64,000 nucleotides of DNA from Podarcis cretensis (lineage: Eukaryota). The stretch's first letter is position 1. Each line of letters starts with the position of its first letter. The translations under genes and the position numbers were made by a program. The DNA lies in NCBI GenBank assembly GCA_951804945.1, contig OX638156.1:66402001-66466000 (forward strand), given 5' to 3'. The notes below the pieces were generated by a model. The model searched no databases, was not told the origin of the DNA, and saw only the letters and a list, made by a program, of their open reading frames with translations. This document shows positions 48,541 through 58,874 of the stretch, one piece after another.

Positions 48541-48585
48541 GGAACCCATTTAGCTCTTCCAAGTCGCGAACATTCATCATAGAAG
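48541..48585 (+). CDS. KCNAB2: KCNAB2 45-nt cassette exon (G/NPFSSSKSRTFIIE)
   Basis: Polypyrimidine tract plus caccag| acceptor, |gtacat donor, symmetric phase 1-1, no stop. Matches the GDPFSSSKSRTFIIE insert recalled from the long human isoform. Not in the ORF track. Confidence 0.9.
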
Positions 48586-51500
48586 GTACATGGTACCCCC
48601 CCACCTCATCTTGATTATCTGCATCCAAGTGGCATTTTATGGGATGGAATAATCCATGCAGTTTTGCTTTTTTTCCCTCATTTTTTTCTATTTTATTCTC
48701 ATTGGCAAAATTTCTCCCATTACTCGGATGGCAAAATTCTCCATAAAATGCCCAACGGAAGCAAAGAAAGAAAGAGGGGGGGGAAATACCACCCAAAAAC
48801 AAAAAACAAAACAACCCTTTGTCCCTTTAGTAACATCTTGCAAGTAAAATTCAAAATCCAAAATCTCTTCCGCCACCCCACCACCCCACCGTCCTCCCTG
48901 GTTCATTCCATTCCACGTTTTCCTCTGCTGTCTCTGAAATGCATGCCTTGTGTCTGTTTCCTGCACCCCTTCGAAATTTGACAACTCTTCCTGAAGTTCT
49001 CAGTGGGGTGGGCCTTGCACCCTGCTGCACCCCCTTTCGTGAGATGCTCGTCATTTTCAAAAAGAAACCTACGAGATGCAGCCAGGTATCCCAAGACCCC
49101 GGTAAATGTGCCTGCTGTTTTGCCGCAATAATCTCCCACCCTGAGTTCACTGCCTCTGAGGATGCATGAGGCAAAGGAACAGATTGGCAGAAACCGAACC
49201 CCTTTGCAAAAACTGCGAAGGGACGTCAACTGACACCAAGTAGCGAATGTACACTCCTTTGGTGTCACCCCATTGGTTGTGAAGCAGTTTGTAGCTAAGA
49301 AACAGATAAACTTGGAACTACTAAAATAAGAAGTGTTGGTGAGACTCATTTGATGACCACAAGAAACTAAATCTTTAGGGTCTTTACCCAGTCTGGTGGA
49401 ATGCTTTGTGCCAATAGAAATTTAGCAGGCACTTTCCCTTTCAATCTACGGAAGAGAAGTGCCTACGGAAAACTTTTCTATTCCATCAGGCCTATGCAGG
49501 CAATTAAGAATATAGGTTTCAGTAACATATTTTAACCTTTATATAATGGTTTTTGTATGATTTTAAGTATAATTGTTGTAAACTGCTCCGATGTGACAAG
49601 TGGTATATGAATATTTTGATTAAATCAATGAAGGATGTTGGTGGTAGTGATAAAAGTAACATGTGCCCTTTGTAAAACAAATTTTGTGGCCACAAGTATT
49701 GAAAACAAAAAGCTTGATGAACAGACATGCAATCTTTTGTACGTAATGTACACGAAAAGCATCTTGACCACCAACTGGTCTTCTGCGGTGGTCTAGTATC
49801 TCAATATCTAAATAGCCAACAGAGTAGCTTGGGAGACCAGAGGAATTACTTTGAACATCTGTGTATGTAAAACAGTGGTTGTGATACCAGATCACTGCAG
49901 AAAACTAAGGATTGCATCCAACTCAGTTACACTCAGAGTAGACCCATTGAAACTGACAGACTGAAGTTAGCTTTACCCTGTAATCTGAGTAGGGCTGACC
50001 TTGAAGGAGAAGGCTATGTCAATAACTGGAGGCAGCGATGCTTCTGAATACCAGTTGCTGGAAACAGAAGGAGGGGAGAGGGCTCCTGTACTAAGGTCCT
50101 ACTAGCGTGCATCCCATAGACATCTCCTTGGCCACTGCGAGAGCAGGTTGCTGCACTAGATAAAACCTTGATTTTCTTCCAACCCTGAGAACTGGGAGCA
50201 GCTTTAGAGACATCTCAAAAGGGGCCTCCTTTTAGTTTGGTGCATGGGATGTGATTGGTTCGTTTTTGCTCTCAAATTTCTACTCTGCTTTTTGGCATGC
50301 AACTGTTTTGCGGTTGTTGGTTGCTGTTGGTTTATTATTCTCATTATTATTATTTTGCTTTGGCTGGAAGGATTTTTGAGGACTCTTGCCATGCATGCTT
50401 CAGAACCCCCCGTGGCGGCGGGACAGCTGAAAGAATGTCCAAAACCCAAAAGTCCCAAGGTCCCCGAAACACCCCATGGCTCTGCAAAGGCAAATTAATT
50501 TCAGCATGAAGTTTCACAGCTACTTGCTCAGACGCTTTCAAGCATATCTTTCTGACCTGAAGGGCTGGAAACTTGACCTGTTGGTGTTGTTGTTTAATTA
50601 AGGGTGCTAAATTCTATGTCCAGTCCCAGCTTCTGTATTTGAGGAGGGCAACCCTTCCTTCAGTCTAGCTTTTAAACAGAAACACCCTTGTCCTATGCCG
50701 CCTTCTCCTCTGTCCCACAATAGCTCCTAGTTTTATGAATGAACCAGCTCCTAGTTTTATGAATGACCTCTTCGGTACCTAGGCATCCAGAAGAAGCAAT
50801 GCTTTCCTGCCAGATGAGTGGACAGGCCTTGTGGAAATATTCAAAGGAAGAGAGAAGATCTAAGGGAATGGATTTTTCTTTGTTGTGAAGGGAGAGGGGT
50901 GGGGCAGTTAGCTTGGGGCCACAGAGAGAAGTGTGGGTGCTCCCCATTGGCTTATAAAATCCCGATCACATAAAATAATAATCTTAGAGGCCACCTTGAT
51001 GCACAGCCTGGGAAGTTCCTATTCAATTAAGCAGAAGGCAAACCTCCAATGGTGCTTCAGGAAACTTGTCTGTCTTTTGGTTCACATACTGTTCCAGTAA
51101 GAGTGAACTGGACTGAACTTCTCCCCGCGTCCTTAACCAGAGCCCTGCTGGATGAAATAGTTGTCTCCATCTAACACACGCGCCAGCCAGAAGCTTCCAA
51201 AAGGTGTCTCCTTCCTTGTTCCTGGCTGTTCTTAGCAACACAGTGCTGGGCTACATGGACCTTGGCAAATCTAATGACACAAGAGCTCAAAGGCAGGAGC
51301 CTCCCTGTTCAGAGTCAGCAGTCCCAGCCCTTTCACAAGGCAGAATGAGGCAGCTGCCTTAGGCGGCAAATTGTGAGAGACAGAAAGTGACTAGGGCCCT
51401 GCAGCTCCTAAACTAGCCTGCTGCCCTAGGCCGTGGAGGAGGACTCTGTCCCACCACCAGTTCTGAAGTAAAATCCAGCTACCAGTCTAGTCAGGTTTTG

Positions 51501-52161
51501 CACCTAGAATGGGGAACGCACCATCTTGACCTTCGCCTCAGTCAGCAAAATGGCTTGGGTGGCTTCTGAGAGTCAGGAGGACCTGGTCCTGGTTGGGGAG
51601 GATGGTCAGAAATGTCCCTGCTGATCACTCTGTGCTTAGCGACTTCTCTAGGCCACTGTGGGTCCTTTGAAACAGCCCTTTGGGTTGACCGTTCGATGCC
51701 CGCTCTGGAAGGCTCTTTTCCATAAGCTGCCCTTCTGTGCTGTCCCTTCATATCCCACCCCACCCCACCCATCTGGTCACCGACAGCTTCATCCTCCCAC
51801 CTTTTGTCTGTTTCCATTTCATTTCGCGAACTCGTTGCCTTTCCGCCGGTTTTTGGATGGGATCTCCCGGCGCACCATCAGTGTGAGGCATTTCCCTGGA
51901 GATACGGTCTGGTTTTCCATAGGGAGTTGCTGTTCTCAGCTCCTCCCTCCCTCTCCCCATCCTCCCCATTTTTGAGGCCAATAATTAACGCTGCTTGCAA
52001 GATGTCTGAGTAGTCAAAGCCTCCCCACCTTGGTCCTTCCTTTTCTTTTCTCCTTTTTTTTTGGTGTCGTGGCCTTAATTCGACAGGGCAGGCCGGCTCA
52101 TCGCCTTGGGTTTAACGCCTCTCTCGTTCCTTCTCTCTTTCTTCCTTTCTCGTTTTTCCAG

Positions 52162-52247
52162 AGACGGTGCGAGCCATGACCCACGTCATCAACCAAGGGA
52201 TGGCCATGTACTGGGGGACGTCGCGGTGGAGCTCCATGGAGATTATG
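52162..52247 (+). CDS. KCNAB2: KCNAB2 exon ([29 protein letters not shown])
   Basis: tttttccag| acceptor, 86 nt, |gtattg donor. Confidence 0.98.
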
Positions 52248-52970
52248 GTATTGTGGATGAAGAAAGGGGGGGTTTAAAAGGGCGGCAAAAAGAGAGAGAG
52301 AGAGAAGGGGAAGCTGAGAGAAAGAGTGGGCGGCTGATAGAAAAGATGCCAGGCAGATGTGTAAAACTGGGACCCACCCGCTTTCAACCTTTGCCTAAAA
52401 TGACCCTAGGAGGATAGATGGATGAATTGCCAGGAATGGAGATAAAAGCTGCAGGCTCAGCTCTGGGAAACAAGGTGGAAGAGACATTCCTTGAACCAGA
52501 GACGCAGTCTGAGAAGCAGAATGGAATGGCTGAGTTGCCCAATGGGTGTGCAAAGGCTGGAAGGAACAGAGCTCCCAAATACTGGAGCTTTGATGTGGGG
52601 GGAAGAGAGAAAAAGGAGTGGAGGTGCAGCTAAGACCTTCACCCCAAAAGTATGTAGGGTGGCATGACTGGGCAATGGGATTGCAACAGGGGAGAGGCCC
52701 TATTCTGATGGGGAGGGGGTCAAACACCCCAAAAGGGCTAGGGGCCAAGATGGGTAGGAGATCTCTGTACTTACTCAGTGGTGAGGGGGAAAGTGCTCTG
52801 TGCATCCTCAGGGGTCCTGTGGCCTTTTTCTTTCGCATGTGCTGGGACCTGAACCCTAGCTTTCCTCAATCTCTGGAGTGGCATTCTTTGATTTCCCTGC
52901 CAAGCCGTGGACCTGGGGAGGAGGTCCAGGTGTCCAGTATTCTACACACCATGGCGCAAAGGAGCAGGCA

Positions 52971-53226
52971 GAGCCAGTGTGGTGTAGTGGTTAAGAGCGG
53001 TGGACTCGTAATCTGGTGCACCGGGTACGCTTCCCCGCTCCTCCACATGCAGCTGCTGGGTGACCTTGGGCCAGTCACACTTCTCTGAAGTCTCTCAGCC
53101 CCACTCACCTCACAGAGTGTTTGTTGTGGGGGAGGAAGGGAAAGGAGAATGTGAGCCGCTTTGAGACTCCTTCAGGTAGTGATAAAGCAGGATATCAAAT
53201 CCAAACTCTTCTTCTTCTCTTCTTCT
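52971..53226 (+). mobile_element. Young Squam3-like tRNA-derived SINE with (CTT)n tail
   Basis: Head gagccagtgtggtgtagtggttaagagc; near-identical to the copy at 59797. Confidence 0.85.
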
Positions 53227-53284
53227 GCCTCGCCCCGTTCCTGACTGCTTTGGGGTGTTGTTGCTTCCCCGCTCCCCTCTATAG

Positions 53285-53405
53285 GAAGCGTATTCAGTGG
53301 CTCGCCAGTTCAACCTCATCCCGCCCATCTGTGAGCAAGCAGAGTACCACATGTTCCAGAGAGAGAAAGTGGAAGTGCAGCTTCCAGAGCTATTCCACAA
53401 GATCG
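53285..53405 (+). CDS. KCNAB2: KCNAB2 exon ([40 protein letters not shown])
   Basis: ctctatag| acceptor, 121 nt, |gtaagc donor. Confidence 0.98.
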
Positions 53406-54912
53406 GTAAGCGTGTGCGGAAGCTGCCTCTTGGATGCCAGCAAGGCTGAATAAACACGGCAGAGGTGATGCTGCCCTGCTGAGAGAAAGGGGTGCCATGC
53501 TCTTAGCTTGGGTGAGGCTGCTTGCTTTAGTACAGCTGACAAGAGGCAGAAGGGGTCAGCAAGTACAGATTCCCAGGGCCCAGCGGTCCAGAATGGGGGC
53601 TCAGAGTCTCTCAGCCTAACCTACCTCGCAAGGTTGTTGTTGTGGGATTAATTGAGGAGAAGGGGGGAAACACGTAAGCCACCTTGAGCTCCATGGAGGA
53701 CAAAGTTTGGGATGCAATAAATAAATAACAGAACTTGAGCAAGGGGTGAGGATGGAACAGTTTAGCATCCTTCCCCGCCCCAGTACCGGTAGCCCAGGGC
53801 CTGATTCAGCACACACTCCACGGGGGCTTTAACGTTTATCCAAAACATCCAGGCCATGTGACTGGAGTTCTCCTGCACATCTCCCATCCGGTTTGGTCCT
53901 TAAATCCCACCCTGCCCAAGGCTCAGGGAAGCAACAGGATGGAAAGCCCAGCATCCTGGCTGCTCCCCCGTGATCTGCTTCCCACAGGACCCCAAAAAGC
54001 AGTTATTTGGGGAAACTGTTTTGCTTAACCTTTTTTGCCCTGCTGGCTCAAAACTGCAGCTTGGGATTAAGAGGCTTTCAGCATATTAATTATCATTAAT
54101 AAAAATGTCAGAGAGGGGTCAGGAGCAGCGGCCTTTCCTCTGAATCTTTAATCCTGTCCCAATGAGCCAGCTTTGACCTCGCCATCCTAGCCTCTCTGAA
54201 CTGGCTCTGCAGGGGCTGGAGGTCCCTGGGCTGCCCTTTTACTGATGGTAAAAAAAGGGCTGATCAGTGCCTGGCTGTACAGACCCCCTTGTATTCCCAT
54301 CAGTGGGAGAAAGGCGAGATAGGAATGTAATAAAATAAAATGCGTTTTAAAGAAACACACAAAGGGGGGAAAGATGGAATTAAGTCACACAGTCACGCAC
54401 ACACGCACACCACTGGTTCTAGGGGATTAGTCAGATTCAAGGATGATGGTGATGATTATGCCACCCGTCTGACTGGGTTGTCCTGGCTATTAAAGGGAGT
54501 TTATATTCTACCTCCTTAAATGGTTTAGGACTGCAATACTTCAAGGGCTGACTCTCCCCATATGAACCAACCCAGACCCTGAGATCATCCTCTGAGGCCC
54601 CTGTTTGTGTGCTGCCTCACAGTAACAGGCCTTTTTTGCAGTGGCTCCACGTTTGTGGACTGATCTCTCCAGGGAGGTTTGTCTGGCACCTTCATTATAT
54701 ATCTTTAGGCACCAGGCTAAATCTTTCTTCTATAGCCAGACCTTTGGTCTTTAATTAACTGTGGCCTTTTAGAAATGAATGGGATGTTTTTAATAGATTG
54801 CTTTTTTCCATTTCATTTCACTTTTAATTTGTATACCGCCTTTCTATATTACTATACTCAAGGTGGTTTACAAGCTGAAGAAACAAAATAGACAGCAAAG
54901 GTCACACACATA

Positions 54913-55315
54913 CCGTATTTTTCGCCCCATAGGGCGCACCTAGTTTTTTTGGGGGGGGGGATAAAGCCCAAGCTTCCCCCGACCCCAACCCCCAGAACAG
55001 GCTGCTATCCGCAAGCCTAGGGAGCCGTGCGGGAACTCCCGCAGGCTTCCCAGGCTTGCGGATATCTGCCCGAAGCCCGGGGTGCGCTGCTTCAGCACAC
55101 CCCGGGCTTTGGGCAGCAGGCTGCTATCTGCAAGCCTAGGGAGCCGTGCGGGATAGCTTCCTGAAGCCTGGAGAGTGAGAGGGGACGGTGCGCACCGACT
55201 CCTCTCTCTCTTTCCAGGCTTCAGCGAAAGCCTGCATTCGCCCCATAGGATGCACACACATTTCCCCTTCATTTTTGGAGGGGAAAAAGTGCGTCCTATG
55301 GGGCGGAAAATACAG
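54913..55315. mobile_element. Second copy of the GC-rich Tc1/mariner MITE
   Basis: Same TIRs and subterminal sequence as 16707-17286, TA flanks, shorter internal array. Confidence 0.9.
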
Positions 55316-55818
55316 TAATAACCATCTCATCCAATACAAAGCAACCACGATAATGTTAAAATAAACAACTGATATCAAATAAAGCAATATTCAACAATCC
55401 ATTAAACTATAATAGTAAACAGTAAAGCTAAATATCAGCAAATAATAATTACCAATCACAATTACTAATAATAATTACCAATTACAATAATTGCTAAAAA
55501 CTATAATCAATAAAAGTTTACGGCAAGTCACAATGCATAAAATACCACCAAAAAAAACAAGTAAAAGGAGAAGGAAGGACACACAACTCATAACTTATAA
55601 ATAAATAAATACCTTCTTTTACTTCTTGGTTTCAGTGTAACTGGGGAGGGGGGTTGTCTATCTGGTTGGTTGCAAGTCACTTTGGGCTGCCCTGGGACTA
55701 ATGAATTCCGTGAATAACAATAAGATCACCTCTCCGTCTTCCCTTCTCCAGGCTAAACATTGCTGTTACGCATTTGCTCTCCACCCTCCAACTTGCCTTT
55801 TCCTCTTTCTCCCCTTAG

Positions 55819-55913
55819 GTGTGGGCGCCATGACGTGGTCCCCTTTAGCATGTGGAATTGTTTCGGGGAAATACGACGGGGGGATCCCTCCCTACTCACG
55901 AGCATCGCTAAAA
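55819..55913 (+). CDS. KCNAB2: KCNAB2 exon ([32 protein letters not shown])
   Basis: cccttag| acceptor, 95 nt, |gtgagc donor; WSPLA NADPH-binding motif. Confidence 0.98.
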
Positions 55914-56459
55914 GTGAGCAGTGGCATTTGAACGCTGTGACCGGCAGAAGGGAAATACTTTCGCACGTGCCCCTGTCTCTGAGTGGCAAGAGACTTCGGG
56001 GAGCCCCAGGACTTACCAGGGGTTCCATTCCCTTGGAATGAAGGTCAATGGGGCCTGGGGTGTTTCTAGGATATATGGCTTTATCGTTAAATATAATAAA
56101 TGCATTGAAATGTCCTGAGCAGAGGATGGAGGGGCTCGGAGCATCAATAGCCCAACAGATCCGGCTTCCCCGGAGGAGGGCAGTTGTGCTTAAATCTTGC
56201 TTACGGGTTTCCCACAGGCATCTGGTTGGCCACTGTGGGAACAGGATAGTGGACTAGATGGGCCATTGGCCGGATCCATCAGGCTCTACTTGTGTTCTTA
56301 AATGGCAGTTCATAACTGGCTGGCCGAAGCCATTGCCTTAACAAATGAACTGATCTGGCTGGTTTAGCAGCTTAGTCCCACTAGATTCTATACCTCACAT
56401 ACCTTTTGTTTCTCTTTGCTTCTGCCTGCCACTGGTCTCTTTCCTCTCCCCAACCGCAG

Positions 56460-56580
56460 GGCTACCAGTGGCTGAAAGACAAGATCTTGAGTGAGGAAGG
56501 GAGACGGCAGCAAGCCAAGCTGAAGGAACTGCAGGCCATCGCTGAGCGGCTGGGCTGCACTCTGCCCCAACTTGCCATTG
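56460..56580 (+). CDS. KCNAB2: KCNAB2 exon ([40 protein letters not shown])
   Basis: accgcag| acceptor, 121 nt, |gtaagt donor. Confidence 0.98.
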
Positions 56581-56683
56581 GTAAGTGGAAAACGCTTGCC
56601 TCCATCCCGACCCTTTTCTGGAGGCAGTGACTGCCTCTGCAGAATGGGAGAGCAGCCTGGCTGGGTAGCGGATCCATCTAGAC

Positions 56684-57047
56684 CAGGGGTCGGCAAGGCT
56701 TACCGGGCATGGGCCGAATCTCTCCCATGGAGATCCTTCGTGGGCTGGACCGTCGCAGTGCGACACCAAAAATCTCATCTGCGCCTGTCCGCGGCTCCAG
56801 AAATTGCTTCTGCACATGCCCAGACACTGGAAATCGCGCCTGCGCAGAAGTGATTTTCAGTGTCTGGGCATGCGCAGAAGCGATTTCCGGAGTCGTGGAA
56901 GAGAGTCCCCACGCCGTGCTGCGGCAGTTTAGTGAAACGCACGGGGACTCGCCCAGTGGGCGGCTTGGTTCAGGGGCGGCTCGGGGGCCAGTTAAACGGC
57001 CTCTGTGGGCCGCTTCTGGCCCATGGGCCACAGGTTGGGGACCCCTG
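56684..57047. mobile_element. hAT MITE with internal hairpin
   Basis: CAGGGGTC ... GACCCCTG; 8-bp TSD ATCTAGAC; palindrome at about 56801-56887. Confidence 0.88.
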
Positions 57048-57481
57048 ATCTAGACCCAGCCTTCTGTTTCCAACAGGGGACAGACAGAAACTCACGTGCA
57101 AGGCATGAGGGCAATGAGTCCCCTCCATTGTTTTCTCTACACAGAGACAGAGAGAAACTGGTACTCAGAATCTCCGTTTAGCTTTCACAGCTTCTGCAGA
57201 TTTATATTATTCTTTTTTCCAAAGATTTCTTAAGCTAGTAGCCTTCACCTTAACTGTAGGCAGCAAATTTCACATGGTAGATGCATCTTGTGAAGAAATA
57301 TATGTGCCCTCATCTGTCCAGAGCTTGAGAGCAAAAGTGACTTTTTGACACTGTTCAGAGTTTCTTGAACTAAGCACTTGACTCTCCCCCAAAGAGACTC
57401 TGGCCCCACACAATCCCCCAGGTGGCCTCGGCAGTGTCTCCATTACATTCCCCTAATGCTCTTCTTCTCCCCCACCTCCAG

Positions 57482-57570
57482 CATGGTGTTTGCGGAACGA
57501 AGGGGTCAGCTCTGTCTTGCTGGGGGCTTCCAATGCAGACCAGTTAATGGAGAATATTGGAGCAATACAG
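57482..57570 (+). CDS. KCNAB2: KCNAB2 exon ([30 protein letters not shown])
   Basis: cctccag| acceptor, 89 nt, |gtgagc donor. Confidence 0.98.
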
Positions 57571-58784
57571 GTGAGCACCCCACCCATCACCCACCTTCAG
57601 GCCCTGGCAAACTGATCTTTGGTTTTTTTTCTTGCATGGAATGCTCTGGACATAGAACCATAGAACTGGAGGGCTGGAAGGGGCCTCTAGTCTAAGCCAC
57701 TGCAATACTGGAATTGCACCTGAGGGATCCCTGGCAGATGACCATCCAGCCTTAGGCTATTGAAAACTATTTGATTACTGATTGTTGGCATGGGAGAGAA
57801 GGGATTGAGAAGGAAGGGACGATATTTGGGGGTTCATATCTTGGCTTCACACGCTCTGCTTTTAATTTTGCAAAAAATTAAAATGATATTTACATTGAAA
57901 GGAGACTGTGAATTGAGCAGATGCTTCTGCAGCTCAGCTTTCTTAGACCATGCCAGACTGGCTGCCTTGAATGGGGTCTCTCTTGAGACCCCTCAAGGAC
58001 AGAATCACTCTATCACCCTCAGGGGGAGGCTACTGTAGCAAAAGATTGTTGTTTTTTTAGGGATGCTTCTTAACTCACCCCTGACATGCAACACCTAGAG
58101 GTTCACCCACCAAAGGGAACGCAACCCTTGCTTTGCAGTGGTTCTCAACCTGCGGGTCCCCAGATGATGTTGAACTACAACTCCCATCACCCCTAGCTAG
58201 CAAGGCCAGAGCTCAGGGATGATGGGAGTTGTAGCCCAACAACATCTGGAGACCCACAGGTTGAGAACTGCTGCTTTAGGGTATTGCACCATTCAGTATG
58301 TCAGATCATGCATTTGTCTTCTTAGCCAAACCTACTTCTCAGCGTTGTTGTGATGATACAATATGGGTGTGGGATGATCGGCACATAGCACCACAAGTTC
58401 TCTGGAGGCAACACAGATCACTCCATCGACTCTGGTGTGAGGTATGCCAGCTCCATCAGGCAGCTCCTGCTCCTTAACTGTGCCAGCTGGTCATTTTAGG
58501 AACTGTTAAGAAATTGGTTCCTGAGTTTTGCTTTTTCCTCTTCCCTCCCAGTCCCATTTCCCTTGTGTGTTGTGTATTGTTATTGTCGTTATTATATATT
58601 GTAAGCCTGCAGGTAAGGACTGCCTCATTTTGATTGTATGTAAGCGGCCCCAGGAGCCTTTTTGGCTGAAGAGCTGGGTACAAATGCTCCAAAGAAAGAA
58701 AGAAAATAAGCACAGGCTTGATAGCACCATAACCAAAATCTAACTTATGACCTCTCCCTCTTACTTGTCGTTTCCACCCGGCAG

Positions 58785-58874
58785 GTTCTTCCAAAACTCT
58801 CCTCTTCTCTTATCCATGAGATCGACAGCATCTTGGGCAATAAACCCTACAGCAAAAAGGACTACCGGTCCTAA
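58785..58874 (+). CDS. KCNAB2: KCNAB2 last coding exon ([29 protein letters not shown])
   Basis: cggcag| acceptor, 90 nt to TAA; beta2-type C-terminus. Confidence 0.98.
   Translation, partial: VLPKLSSSLIHEIDSILGNKPYSKKDYRS

Noticed and set aside
27592-58874. Calling the gene KCNAB1 because of the MQVS...TGMKYR N-terminus
   Set aside because: Core residues are beta2-type throughout ([49 protein letters not shown]).
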